Assembly: GCA_964016885.1 (NCBI GenBank)
Contig: OZ024748.1
Coordinates: forward strand, 6,014,001-6,078,000
Length of the DNA: 64,000 nucleotides
Reading direction: 5' to 3'
Source: Eledone cirrhosa
Taxonomy: Eukaryota
Positions 45,230-59,618 of this stretch are shown piece by piece. Position numbers and translations under genes: made by a program. The notes under the pieces are model-generated. The model ran no database searches, was not told the origin of the DNA, and saw nothing but the letters and a program-made list of their open reading frames with translations. Numbering within the stretch: position 1 is the first letter of the stretch; each line of letters starts with the position of its first letter.

Positions 45230-45620
45230 GCTTTTATTACGAAGTCGGGAGATGGTCTGCAAGATTACTTTATTTGCCGATTTGAAGTCGGATTCCACCT
45301 TAAACCCAAATTCCTCCCATGTCTTTGCTTTGTATGACTTTACTGTCTCTTCTGGGACTCTTTGTGCCTGTTTTTACCCCAAGCCAAGATTTGTAAGCTA
45401 CCTTCTTTACTCACAGGGCATCTTTGACTTCCTGCTTGAACCAAGGAGGTTTTCTTGCAATCTGGCACAAGTCTCGCTTTCCCGTAGTATTTAACAGTTA
45501 AAGCAGAAACTGCTGCATTGAACAACCTCCACTCTATCTCAACGTCCTTAGTTTGCTCAAGGAGTTCTCTGGAATTCAAATTCGCTAAAGCAGAAGGAAA
45601 AGATAGCATAAACAAGCTAA
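45230..45620 (-). pseudogene. Decayed RTE-clade LINE ORF fragment (linker between endonuclease and RT)
   Basis: Across frameshifts: DVEIEWRLFN...KPPWFKQEVKDAL*VKKVAYKSW...KAKTWEEFGFKVESDFKSANKVILQTISRLR, resembling the RTE/Expander WEEFG..ME.DFRSA.K.FWQT.RRLR motif. Confidence 0.7.
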
Positions 45621-45869
45621 AAGGTTTTCTCTATTTTCCAAGGTTTTTGTCTTCTGTTAAGGAGAATTTGTCTCGAAAATTAAGGTCGTATTTGAATAAA
45701 GAACAGATAAAACAGAACAGCTTTGTTGCCTTGTTTTATCTTAAATGGTTTCACACCATTCTCTTTGTCACAGCCTTCGAGTTACATACAATGAATAAGG
45801 GTTAACACATAACACATCTAATACACAAAATATATATAGTATGACTATATGTATATGTTATACATACAT

Positions 45870-45939
<70 letters not shown>

Positions 45940-46379
45940 AAATATACAGAGGGTGAGAGAGATATAGATATACATATATATGGATGGATGTATATATGTA
46001 TGTATATATACATATATAAATATGTAAGTATGTTAGTATCTTGCTATTGTAGATACATATATATAGTCACGTTTAATTATAATGTTCGATGTTATGACGT
46101 TTAAAGCAACCATAAATCTTTATTTGCTTATTCGATGTCGACTATATATGAGTGTGTGTAAGTGTGTGTGTGTCTGTGTGTGAATGTCTATATGTGTGTG
46201 TGTATGTGTGTGTGTGTATGTGTGTCTGAATGACTGTGTGTGAATGCCTACAAATTTCAAAGTAAAATTACACCAAAAAAACAACAAAACCATCAATAAT
46301 AATAATAATAATAATATATACGTATATATATATATGTGTGTGTGTCTGTGTGTGTGTATATATATATATATACATATAT

Positions 46380-46448
<69 letters not shown>

Positions 46449-46452
46449 TATA

Positions 46453-46498
<46 letters not shown>

Positions 46499-46579
46499 GT
46501 GTGTGTGTATGTATATGTATATATATATATATATATATATTATTATTATTATTATTATGTTTGATTGAGATGAAATGGG

Positions 46580-46634
<55 letters not shown>

Positions 46635-47051
46635 TACAAGAAGGAGAATGTGCAGGAGGAGCAGGGGAAAGCGAAAGGAGTAGAGGTTGGAGTTGAAAAT
46701 GGACGAGAAGATGGTGGATGAAAATGATGCTGATGGTGATGATGATGGTGATGGTGAAGAGGACGATGTCCAGGGTCACATGATGGTGTCGTTTCGCCTA
46801 TTAACTGACATATATGGTAGCTAGACACCGACACTTTGTTTCCTATGACACAGGAAACATTACAATCCTTTCATATAAACTAATAAACAAAAACATACAC
46901 TACACTACAGTAGCTTCTCAAAAATATATATCTAAAGAATAGATAACTTTAAGAACTTTTAAGAACTATCATATAAATATATATAAATTTTGTGTATATA
47001 TATATATATGTGTGTGTGTGTGCTGCGTGTGTGTACGTGTGTGCGCGTATA

Positions 47052-47212
<161 letters not shown>

Positions 47213-47316
47213 AATATATATATATATATATATATATAATAAATGTAATATATATATATATATATATATATAAATGTAATATATATATATACATATGTAT
47301 ATATATATATATATAG

Positions 47317-47370
<54 letters not shown>

Positions 47371-47452
47371 GAGAAAGAGAGAGAGAGAGAAAGACAGAGA
47401 GATAACTTTTGTGTATCACGATAAATTAACGGAGGCATAGGCCCTCGCTATA

Positions 47453-47546
<94 letters not shown>

Positions 47547-48067
47547 GTGTATGCAAGGTAGCAGAGTTTCGAAACGCTGAAATGTTATGAAATTCATAGA
47601 AATTATAGGAAATTCAAAATAACTGTAAATATTTTGGTTTGGTTTTAGTAATATCTTAAAGAATCAAGTAAAATACCATTGTGATCAGCAGGCGCTATCG
47701 AGATTCGAACTTCGTAACATTCAGATACCGGCTGACTCCTGTTAACACGGTTCTAAGGAACCTCTGGTAGCTCATTGGTTTTTGAAGTGAGTCGTAATTT
47801 GAAAGATGTGAAATTAAACTCTTCCATGGGGCGACTCGGCTAATTTTACTGTGAACACAGCTAGAGAGTATGGGCTAAAATACTTCTTCTATACACATGA
47901 AAATGTGATCAGTACCTTGTAGAGAGAATAGAACGCTGTACCTGCGAACATCTAGCAGAGTGCTCAGCCCGGATGTGAGAGGTACAGTTACACACGCACA
48001 CGCACACACACACACACACACACACGCACGCGCGCACACGCACACACACACACAACACACACACACA

Positions 48068-48099
<32 letters not shown>

Positions 48100-48190
48100 T
48101 TATAGTGAGAGAAAGAGAGAGAGAGTGTGTGTGTAGTGTGTGGTGTGTGGTGTGTGGTGTGTGGTGTGTGGTGTGTGGTGTGTGGTGTTT

Positions 48191-48233
<43 letters not shown>

Positions 48234-48440
48234 GGTGTTGAGACCAAGGAGACCACTAATTATGGGTGTACTCGATGCTTGCGGGTGCGCAAATTGGAGT
48301 CGCGGTCGGCATTATACATCTCTCTATATATATACATATATATATAAATATGTGCTGGGGTATATACATACATATATATATATATATGGGGGGTATATTT
48401 ATATAATGTAGTGCATCTGAGCACTGTACACAATAATTTC

Positions 48441-48577
48441 ATTACGGCCCTTTATGGTCTGTGTTCAAATCCCGCCGAGGGTAACTTTGCCTTTCATCCT
48501 TACAGGGTCGATAAAATAAAGTACCAGTAATACACTGGGTGATTGCTGGCCTTGTGCCTAAAGTAGAAACAATTATT
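48441..48577 (+). mobile_element. tRNA-derived SINE, 5'-truncated
   Basis: B box gttcaaatcc plus conserved body and tail. Confidence 0.85.
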
Positions 48578-48951
48578 ATATATATATACGCATACACTTA
48601 TACACTCGTTTCCGAACTAATCTTATCACTACACTATGTGTATGCGAGTGGGTGTGCATGTATGAGTGGGTGTGCATGTGTGTGTACGTGTGTGTGTTTG
48701 TGAGTCTGTATGTATATATGTGTGTATCTACAGGGGTCTTGGTCTCTGTGTGTCAGTCTTCACGTTAGATTACGTTTGTGCGTGTGTGCACATATAATAT
48801 CAACAATGTTCTCTGAAGCAAAACATTAAACAGTCTACAGGCAGCTGGTTTTTTTGCTGGTGAAGGGAAGTAACTCTAGCAGAGTTGCTTATAAAATGCG
48901 GCGTCTCTATTGTAATGTATCCTACGAATTTCCACTGAAGGGTAATGATAA

Positions 48952-49004
<53 letters not shown>

Positions 49005-49094
49005 AGATGCACACACGCACACCACATACACAGACACACACACAGACACAAGCACACACACAGACATGCACATCCTCTCACAGACTCAGACAAT

Positions 49095-49192
<98 letters not shown>

Positions 49193-49194
49193 CA

Positions 49195-49295
49195 CAGGGT
49201 GTCCCCCAAAAATGAATACATACTTTGTTTACCTGTACAGGCAAAATTTATTAGAAAGCACAGCCTTTGTGTATACATTTTTAGAAGACACTCTT
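49195..49295. mobile_element. Tc1/mariner-type MITE remnant
   Basis: Imperfect TIRs cagggtgtcccccaaaaatgaataca and tgtatacatttttagaagacactctt within TA-rich flanks. Confidence 0.55.
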
Positions 49296-49332
49296 TATAT
49301 ATATATATGCAAAATATATTTATTTGAATATG

Positions 49333-49392
<60 letters not shown>

Positions 49393-49395
<3 letters not shown>

Positions 49396-49579
49396 GAATA
49401 GAGGCAGGACCTCGGTGGCTGATCTCCGGCAGTTTTCACAGCTAGATCCGAACTGTCGAAACGACCGGAGCTCAGCCGTCGGGGTCCTGACTCTTTTCAT
49501 ATTACCCACTCTACTACCCTAAGTATTGAGTACTGCGGTGCCTTATGGTCCACCTGGTATCTTACCACACCCTTTTTGT

Positions 49580-49581
<2 letters not shown>
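49393..49581 (+). mobile_element. PLE terminal-repeat fragment (family A) with diverged inverted 5' copy
   Basis: gtcGAAAcgaccggagctcagccgTCggggtcc...tattgagtac... tail, in (TA)n. Confidence 0.8.
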
Positions 49582-49611
<30 letters not shown>

Positions 49612-50298
49612 AACATTTACAAAGCTGTAAGAATTAGCATAGTACATGTTCTAAGAGTTCGTTTGGATTTGAGAAGTATGTGTCCCAGTTATTCCCTCCC
49701 ACAATCTCCTGTATAATTACAGCATGTCTTGGAATTTCATAGATACCTGTATCTTTTAAATTATTTTTTGTCATCATTTTTTTTTTCATGCATTTGAGAA
49801 ATTTGTGTCGGTATATATATCTCATACCTAAATGTAAATTTAGCTGGTCTCCTACGTGTTTACACCCCACAGGAGACTTCTATAGTATTTTAACGGCAGG
49901 GAGTTCACTATCAGTCCTAACGAGAAGCTAGAAATTAACCAGAACACATATTTCAGGTATCGAACGCACGAATCTGTGGTCATGAAACCACCACTTTAAC
50001 CACTTGACCACGTACATTTTACGTGCCTTCTACCTGCCTTTAGAGTAATTGTTTCATATTTAGGCACAAGGGTAGCAATGTTGGGTGAGGGGTAAGTCGA
50101 TTATATCGACCCCAGTTTTGTTGAAGTTCGTGCACTGAAAAAATAACGAAAATTCGAAGTCACTTTCATTTTCTTATTATTCAGTTTTGTGGGCTCATTC
50201 AATATGTGTTTTAATGTTTGCAATTACAAACGTATTTTAAACATACATTTCAGTATATATATACACATGCATATACACACACATACACACACACACAC

Positions 50299-50364
<66 letters not shown>

Positions 50365-50487
50365 GTATATATATATTTATATATGTATACATATATATAT
50401 AGATATAGATAGATATATACATACATACATATATATTTATATATATATATGCGTGTGTGTGTGTGTGTGTGTATGTATATATATATG

Positions 50488-50545
<58 letters not shown>

Positions 50546-50565
50546 TATGTATATATATATATATA

Positions 50566-50652
<87 letters not shown>

Positions 50653-51128
50653 AAGTAACTCTTTATTCCAATATATATATATAATTTTAAAAAGCTAAGA
50701 CTTTGCTAGATGCAATATTAATCCGTATATAATTCATAAACAATACTTTGTATGTGAAATTAATGAATAACGTTTAGTGTCTTCTCTTCACAGTTTTTCC
50801 TCTCTATTATTTTCTCAACTATACTTTCCAAAATAACAATCATCATTCATATCACTAACATCACCATTATTATTAATATTATAAATGTCGTTGTTAGTTT
50901 TAGTTGTTCTTCTTATTGTTGATGGTGGTGTGATTTTTTTTTTTTTTTTTTTTTTTTTTGTTGTAGTTGTTTCATTATATTTTTCATGTCTTTCCATTTC
51001 TTGTTAAAACAAACATTGCTTTCCTTTCCTGAAGAAATTTCACTGTAAATGTCTAAACAAACCATTCAATTTATTTTCATATTAAAACATCTAAACAATA
51101 TTCCATTTAATGACATCACCACACACAA

Positions 51129-51185
<57 letters not shown>

Positions 51186-51269
51186 TGTATATATATGCCT
51201 TCACATACATCTACTACGAATGTATATGTGTGCAGGCTCTGGTATAATCTGTGTGAATGTGTTTGGGTG

Positions 51270-51301
<32 letters not shown>

Positions 51302-51324
51302 CGTTCATACACACACACACACAA

Positions 51325-51391
<67 letters not shown>

Positions 51392-51759
51392 TGTGTCTGT
51401 GTGTGTGTGTGTGTCTGTGTGTGTGTATTGGACAATCTATATATTTAATAAATAAATACTGTCCGTATGTTTAGCACATGTCATTGAAAACATTTCAATC
51501 AGTGGCAATTATTGTATTTCTCAAAATTTACACCGATGCACGAAGGCAGAACCATGCAAACACACACACACACACACACACACACTGAATTACAGAGGCA
51601 CAGAAGCATACACACACGCAGACACACTTGAGCGTGCCTACACATCGACTCTCATCTAGACGTATCTGTATATAATTATTCGTATATATATATATATATA
51701 TATATACGTACACACACATACAAACATACGCATTCATATATGTATGGATGTATGTATGC

Positions 51760-51858
<99 letters not shown>

Positions 51859-52017
51859 CATTTATGAGTGTACAGAAACATTATTGAGAAACCGCATATG
51901 CAGCAATAAGCCCGCTCACACACATATAAATATGCGAATACATATACACACACATATATATATATATGTGTGTGTATATATATAGGTATATGTTTATATA
52001 TATATATATAGGTATAT

Positions 52018-52102
<85 letters not shown>

Positions 52103-52223
52103 TACACATATATACATATATACATATATATATATATTGTATGTATGTATGTATCTACGTCCGTCTGTATGTTTAGTCACAAACATTTGCTCAAACTCAG
52201 CTCATACATTTTCAGACACACAA

Positions 52224-52261
<38 letters not shown>

Positions 52262-52292
52262 ACACAGACACACTCTTACAGAGAAACACATA

Positions 52293-52345
<53 letters not shown>

Positions 52346-52932
52346 TATTACATATGTTTGATTCACTTTCTGCCATTTCGTCTCCGTCTCATCTGATAGT
52401 GGAAAATCTCGAAAACTCGAAGCATTCTTGTTATGAAACAAAGAAAAGGAAAACAAAAACGGAAATAACATTAACAACACCACCAACAACAACAAAAATA
52501 AAAGCCGTAATAACAATAAAAAATAATGATAATAATAATATTAATGAAAGAAATTCTGAAATATATCCAAAGACAATATTAAAACAATAACAACAACAAA
52601 CCAATCTTGAGACAAAATGGAAAATACAACGTAACATATACAAGAGAAACGCAGAAACAAAATGGAGTTAATGAAAGTAAATATCTCCGACGACGCCATT
52701 TTTTTTTTCTAAAGAATTCGTTGTTTTCAGCAAACGATATATGTTGTTTGTTGTGTTGTTTGTTATGTAGTAGAGTAGATAAAACTGAGGATCCAACATG
52801 AAAATTACTTAAATGAGGAAATTACATCGACATATGTCTCATTTACGTATGATATATATATATATGTATATATACATATATTAATGTATATATATATATA
52901 TACGGTAAATATATATTATATATATATATGTG

Positions 52933-52979
<47 letters not shown>

Positions 52980-53708
52980 GTATGTATATATATGTATATA
53001 TATGTGTATGTATATATATGTATATATATATATAGAGATATAGATATATATGTGTGTAATTATATATATATATATATATGTAAGTATATATCTATATATA
53101 TATATATATATATATGTAAGTATATATCTATATATATATATATATACACATACATTTGTATTATTCTTCGCAACAACTGTAATATTGCTAATGATGTATA
53201 AGACGATTGATTATTTCTTCTATCGGATATTGATTAATTATTTATTATTTATTTAGTCATTTATATTTTCAGCTTACTTATATATTTCATTCTCATCACT
53301 GTTACTCTAACGTATTTAAAATGATTCAAACTTCTCCTTGCAATGTGTGAATCATACATGTTTTACATATGCTAAATGGAAAATTAATTTCAATTAATTT
53401 AACATCCAAATTTCAAATGTAATATCACAGTATGGGGAACTCTAAGAGCGAATCATTCTGTTCTATTCGCTATTTTATTCATAAAATCTCTTCCTATATT
53501 TCCTGTAAAATTCTTAGACCTGTATGATTTCGAGATTATAATGTGTATTAATCATCTAGCTGCCAAACAAAAGCCATATGGCAGGAGTGTTTATTTGACA
53601 GCTAAATATGCTGCACAAATATAACGATGCATGAAATCGTATTCTGCTGTTTTAAATAGAGAAGGACATGTTGCCCAAGGAATTTATAGTTCCACAACTA
53701 ATCCACAA

Positions 53709-54150
53709 GTGCCACGATGTGTTGAGTACTACGATGTTTTGAGTGTCACGATGTCTTGAGTGCCACGATGTTTTGAGTGTCACGATGTCTTGAGTGCCAC
53801 GATGTTTTGAGTACTACGATGTTTTGAGTGTCACGATGTCTTGAGTGCCACGATGTTTTGAGTGTCACGATGTCTTGAGTGCCACGATGTTTTGAGTACT
53901 ACGATGTTTTGAGTGTCACGATGTCTTGAGTGCCACGATGTTTTGAGTGTCACGATGTCTTGAGTGCCACGATGTCTTGAATACCACGATGTTTTGAGTA
54001 CTACGATGTTTTGAGTGTCACGATGTCTTGAGTGCCACGATGTTTTGAGTGTCACGATGTATTGAGTGCCACGATGTCTTGAGTACCACGATGTTTTGAG
54101 TACCACGATTTTTGAGTAATACGATGTTTTGAGTACCACGATGTTTTGAG
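53709..54150. repeat. 17-bp minisatellite (gagtgYcacgatgtYtt and variants), about 26 units
   Basis: Directly visible, with alternating unit variants. Confidence 0.9.
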
Positions 54151-54316
54151 TTCCCCGACGCCATGTAGATGCTTATAGATCTAAATACAAAAGTACAAAT
54201 ACATACACTTCCGTTCAAACACACACACACACGTATAGGTATTGGATTTCTGAATGTTTATGTATATATATATCTGTGTGTGTGTATGTGTGTGTGTGTG
54301 TGTGCGTGTGTGTGTG

Positions 54317-54365
<49 letters not shown>

Positions 54366-54791
54366 ACGTGAATATGTTCGCGTGTGTGAGTGTGTATATT
54401 TGTGTATATGTGCGTATGTGCGTGTCTGCGTATGTCTGTGTATATCTCCATGTGTCTCTGTGTGTCTTTGTATATATATGTATGAGTGTGTGTGTGTGTG
54501 TGTGTGCATGTTTGTGCCTGTACGTATGTATGCATATTCAACACATATTCATTACAATTAATATTAATGAGGAATTTCATATGACTAATTACGAGAGAGA
54601 ACGATTAATTTTTCAACACTTTGACTACAACTAAAACACATCATTGGATTGGTTCCACCTTAAGACATAGGCTCAGATTTCACGATTTTTATCACAAGAA
54701 ATCTCATGAAATTCGAACTCTCTAACAATTGATCACTGCCTCCAGATGTTCTCCTGCGTGTGATGTCGAGCCCTTTTTTATGTATATATAT

Positions 54792-54854
<63 letters not shown>

Positions 54855-54875
54855 CACACACACACATATATATGT

Positions 54876-54907
<32 letters not shown>

Positions 54908-55040
54908 TTAGTAATAATAATAATAATATATATATATATATATATATTTACACACACACATATATATGTACACACACATATATATATATATATATATTTA
55001 GTAATAATAATAATAATATATAATAGCCAAACTCACTGAT

Positions 55041-56180
55041 ATGTTTCCTGCATTCGGTGGTGGATTGTACCGTGATGATGGGCTCCTTACCCTTAAAGGG
55101 TACAACCCCAGTAGTACAGATCGGGTCCGGAAACAATTAATCAGATTCTTCCGCGACTGGGGATTTAAAATAACCCTACAAACGTCCCTGACCCGAGTAA
55201 ACTTCCTGGACGTAACCCTCGACCTCGAAAACGACCTGTACTACCCATACAGGAAACCTAATGACAATCTGCACTACATCCACCGCCGATCAAACCATCC
55301 TAGGAACATCACAAACAACCTGGTCAAAAACATCTCCCTCCGCATATCCCGTTTGTCAGCTAATGAGCGGATATTCGATGAACATGCGCCTTATTACAAC
55401 CAGGCCCTCAAGCGGAGTGGTTTCCGGGAGGAAATATCCTACTGTCCAGATCCCATTAGCGGAACCAGCAGGAGACACCGCCGCTCACGCAATGTAACAT
55501 GGTTCAATCCTCCCCACAACGCAGAGGTGACTACTCCCATCGGGAAACTATTCTTTAGGCTCATTGAAAAACACTTCCCATTACAACACCGCTACCACAA
55601 CATAATTAACAAAAATACCATCAAACTCTCTTACAGCACTACACCAAACTTCGCACAAAACATCGTCTCCTCTAACAACAAAAAACTCAACCCCGATGGC
55701 AGAAATAACCTAAATAGCAGTGGAGAACCGACCAGGAGGTGTAACTGCCCGGATAGATCTATTTGCCCACTCGACAATAGATGCAGAGACCGTAATGTGA
55801 TCTACCAGTGCAACGTGAGGACGGATACCTCCAACAAAGCCTATATAGGACTTACCGCATGTGACTTCAAGACCCGGCTATACCAACATAGACATACCTT
55901 CCGAAACCCGGCCCGGCGTCACGCCACTACACTTTCGGGCCACATATGGGACCTCAAGGACAACAACATCACCTATGATCTCACTTGGAGATTACTGTCC
56001 AGAGCCAATTCTTACACGGGAGGACGCCGTCCGTGCAATTTATGCTCGGAGGAAACTTTACAAATGCTGTTTTCGACGGACCAACTCCTAAACAAGAAAG
56101 ATGAACTGGTTACTGCATGTAAACATAGATTGCGTAGGACTTACCTCGCCCTCAAACCCCATAATGACCCGGGGGGGTAG
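55041..56180 (+). CDS. Penelope-like element RT (C-terminal part) plus GIY-YIG endonuclease, 5'-truncated
   Basis: GLYRDDGL catalytic motif, VNFLDVTLDL, YRKPN, YIH..SNHP, WFNPP, CNC..CPL..C linker, NVIY..YIG.T..FKTR..QH GIY-YIG, C-terminal CNLC..E..LLNKK.EL...CKH. No stops over 379 aa; the Met start is probably internal. Confidence 0.92.
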   Translation: MFPAFGGGLYRDDGLLTLKGYNPSSTDRVRKQLIRFFRDWGFKITLQTSLTRVNFLDVTLDLENDLYYPYRKPNDNLHYIHRRSNHPRNITNNLVKNISLRISRLSANERIFDEHAPYYNQALKRSGFREEISYCPDPISGTSRRHRRSRNVTWFNPPHNAEVTTPIGKLFFRLIEKHFPLQHRYHNIINKNTIKLSYSTTPNFAQNIVSSNNKKLNPDGRNNLNSSGEPTRRCNCPDRSICPLDNRCRDRNVIYQCNVRTDTSNKAYIGLTACDFKTRLYQHRHTFRNPARRHATTLSGHIWDLKDNNITYDLTWRLLSRANSYTGGRRPCNLCSEETLQMLFSTDQLLNKKDELVTACKHRLRRTYLALKPHNDPGG

Positions 56181-57278
56181 ACTAGGGCTATAACACCCCA
56201 GTTGCCGATTTTGCAATGGGTAACCCCTGCTTGCCAAGGAAGACGTAAGATCTTCTTTGTATTCTTTTATCGCATCCTTTATTTCCTTCCCCCCTCTCTC
56301 CTTTGTCCTTCTACCCCAGCTCTTCTCCTTTGTCGGCGTCTTTTCTCGCCCACCCGAGGCTGCCCTTTGGCCCCATGTAGCCTTAGTACCCCCACTCCCC
56401 CCTCCCCTAGTCTTTGATAGATTTGGCGGACTCCGCCCTTTATAGCAGTTGGCTTAGACCCCTGATACTTGCCCCCCTTTTCCGACCGCTCCCACTATTC
56501 TCTGTGCCCTCTATATTTCTTAGTGGCACTTATGCCTTATTTTTTCGTTTCAGTATTTCTTGCTTCGCTTTTCTTCTGGGCGGGGTGGATTCTGAACTTA
56601 TTTCTCCGTATTCTACCTTTATTTCGTACGAACTTTCATGTAGCTTGTTTTAGATCTTTTAGAGTTAGCATTAGTATATATTTTTCTCGGGACTCAGAAT
56701 TATTATGTCGTACAAGTTCACTTTGCTGCACTGGGTCGTTGCTGGCCCGGGATGGAAACCTTTATTGTTTATTTCGTGGTAGTCTCTTTAGTATTTTGGC
56801 CCCTTTTGTTGACCAGTCACCGTATCATTTACGTACTTATACCTCTTAAAAGGGTCCTTGCCTAATTCGTCCCACCTAGTTCTTTTACTTATTTCCTTAT
56901 TTATTTATTTATTCATTTATTTACTTCTTTCTTTCTTTCTTTATTTTATTCTCGCCTAACAATAGCCTGACACCTAGGTCGTAGAATTTAATTTTTTCTT
57001 TACACTTATTTGCTTTTCTTCACTCTCAGTATTTTTTCTTTCCTATTTCTACCCCCCATTGTTCTACCTACCGTTCCGACTTCCTCCCCCTCCCCGTCCC
57101 CTGTATCTTCTTTGACCTCATGCCCAGCTGTAGCTGGCACTACCAACGCTTGATTGGGTCTACTCCACCCCCTCCCCTCTTTCTCCTACTGGCAGGTTTA
57201 GCCACCATCTCCCCTACTAATTTGCAACCACAGAATTACTACTGATTTTTGACAATCACTTTGACCATATATGGAATT

Positions 57279-57372
57279 ACCCCTTGAGAAGATCGGCTAT
57301 TTAAATACCAGGATAAATGTTCATTTAGTCCAGAATTAGCCGTCGAAACGGCTTGAGCTCAGCTGTCGGGGT
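57279..57372 (+). ncRNA. Type I hammerhead ribozyme with U3-A8 core variant and extended stem II
   Basis: acccc TTGAGAA ga(t)cggcta...tagccgtc GAAA cggct-tgagctc-agctg TC ggggt; GUC cleavage triplet ends at 57367. Confidence 0.78.
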
Positions 57373-57382
57373 CTTACTGGTT

Positions 57383-57461
<79 letters not shown>

Positions 57462-57536
57462 TATTCACACACACACATATATATGTACACACATATATAT
57501 ATATATATATATATATTTAGTAATAATAATAAATGT

Positions 57537-57755
57537 GAAGACTAAAATCCAAAGAGGGCTTAATAAGGATAAATATATGTCAAATATATAAGAACCCTAG
57601 AGCAAATATTTATTAAAATAACACATTGAAGTTCAAGCAAAGAATCGCTGCTTTCACCCTTAACGGGATCTTCTGAAATCAATCTGTGAACGCAGAAGTA
57701 AATATTTCGAAAAAGGTTGCAACCGAAGGAAAACAGGAAGATGATACTTTGTATC
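57537..57755 (-). mobile_element. Family D repeat copy with hammerhead-like motif (57630-57680)
   Basis: Near-identical to 12341-12560. Confidence 0.7.
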
Positions 57756-57862
57756 AATTGTACATATATATATATATATATGAATAAATATATATATATA
57801 TATATATATTTTAAATATAGAAAAGCTTCTACAGGACTAGAACTGTTTCATTCGTGAGATAA

Positions 57863-57906
<44 letters not shown>

Positions 57907-57908
<2 letters not shown>

Positions 57909-58077
57909 AAAGAAAGTGAGGTAAGGAACCAGGGGGACCATACGCGCTAGAGTACTCGATACTTAGGATAGTAGAGTGGGTAATAGGAAAAGAGTCAGGA
58001 CCCCGACGGTTGAGCTACAGCCGTTTCGAGAGCTTGATCCGCTCTAGCTGTCGAAACGGGGTCCTGACTCTTTTCCT
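57907..58077 (-). mobile_element. PLE terminal-repeat fragment (family A) with inverted, internally deleted copy
   Basis: aggaaaagagtcaggacccc is mirrored by ggggtcctgactcttttcct. Confidence 0.8.
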
Positions 58078-58088
58078 CTCTCTATCTA

Positions 58089-58319
<231 letters not shown>

Positions 58320-59159
58320 GTGTGTGTATGCCTATGTATTTATATATACATCCTCAACACGTATTTTATGTATGTGGGTGTGTGTATGTATGTTTGCGTG
58401 TGCCAGTCTGAGTTTGTGTATGTCTATGTGTATGGCTACGTGTTTGTAGCCACATGTCACTTTAACGTATATTTCAGATCAGATTAGCACAGTGAACGAT
58501 ATGATAAGATATAAAATACTATGATCTTGTCATATGTTACGATCATCTATTATTCAACATCCTCTGTTCAATGTTGAAATCCTACCATGATGTAGTGTCG
58601 TTGTTTACCTATAAACACGTTTCTTTCTTATCGGAAATATATTGGTTTCTGGTTTAGGTACAATGCCAACAATTTGGGGTGAGGGAAAGTCGATTAAATC
58701 GACTCCAGAGCATTACTCGTACTTTTTTTTTGCTGACAGCCCCGATTAATCAACTGTACTTGAATCAACACCATCTCACCTGTTCCTGTAAATATACATC
58801 TGAACTCTTCTTCTTATCGTGTCCATCTCTTGGTGTTCCGTAGCTTTGTAGCATTTAACTTTCAACCTCACTTTTGGCCATTCTGTAGCTTATAACTGTT
58901 GATTGTGCTGTTGATAGGATTAGCAGTATCTTGTCGATCTAGTTGATGTTATCGACCTGGTCGATCTTATTAACACTCCCAGGGCCGCGGTGTGGACGCT
59001 CCTATCTTGATCCCTACATTGGAATATATCATATATATCCGGTTGAGACCATGCTAGGATCCCCCCCACCCCTGTTGCTACACGTACTATCTCATGCCTG
59101 TGTTGGCTGGTCACTGGTAACAGGAAGTTCATTGCTGCTGCCCTTTGGTTGCCTTCGTA

Positions 59160-59221
<62 letters not shown>

Positions 59222-59493
59222 TCTATGAAATAGAGAACAGTAAGGTATTAGTTTGTCTCTGACAAATTGGGAAAGAAAGAAACGAAATTAATCCCATAAG
59301 AGTGATATTCTAAATAATATCTCTGTTTATAGAATTGTTCAATATATTTTATGTATTGAGTACTTTGCAGCTCTTAACAGAATAATAATAAGTTTCAATC
59401 GTTATGCACGCACACATAATAATACATATATATATATATATATAACAAGCTGAAAAAGTTGTGGTGTATAGACCAACGAAATTGAAGTACCTG

Positions 59494-59539
<46 letters not shown>

Positions 59540-59618
59540 GGTAAGTTATTCCGGGTTGAATCGGAGGTAACCATAGTAAGTAAGGTACTCAATACATACC
59601 AGAATATAAAAGTTTTAA

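Larger units (their letters stand above)
55023..57385 (+). mobile_element. 5'-truncated Penelope-like retroelement (EN+, C-terminal GIY-YIG; possibly Hydra clade) with about 1.2-kb 3' UTR ending in a hammerhead
   Basis: GC-richer island between (TAA)/(TA)n tracts; ORF described below; its 3' end matches at least six short dispersed copies. Confidence 0.9.

Noticed and set aside
47852-47874. miR-317-like tgaacacagct
   Set aside because: Only the 5' 11 nt match and there is no convincing complementary arm.
53709-54150. CRISPR-like regular array
   Set aside because: Adjacent 17-bp units with no unique spacers, no cas genes, eukaryotic context.
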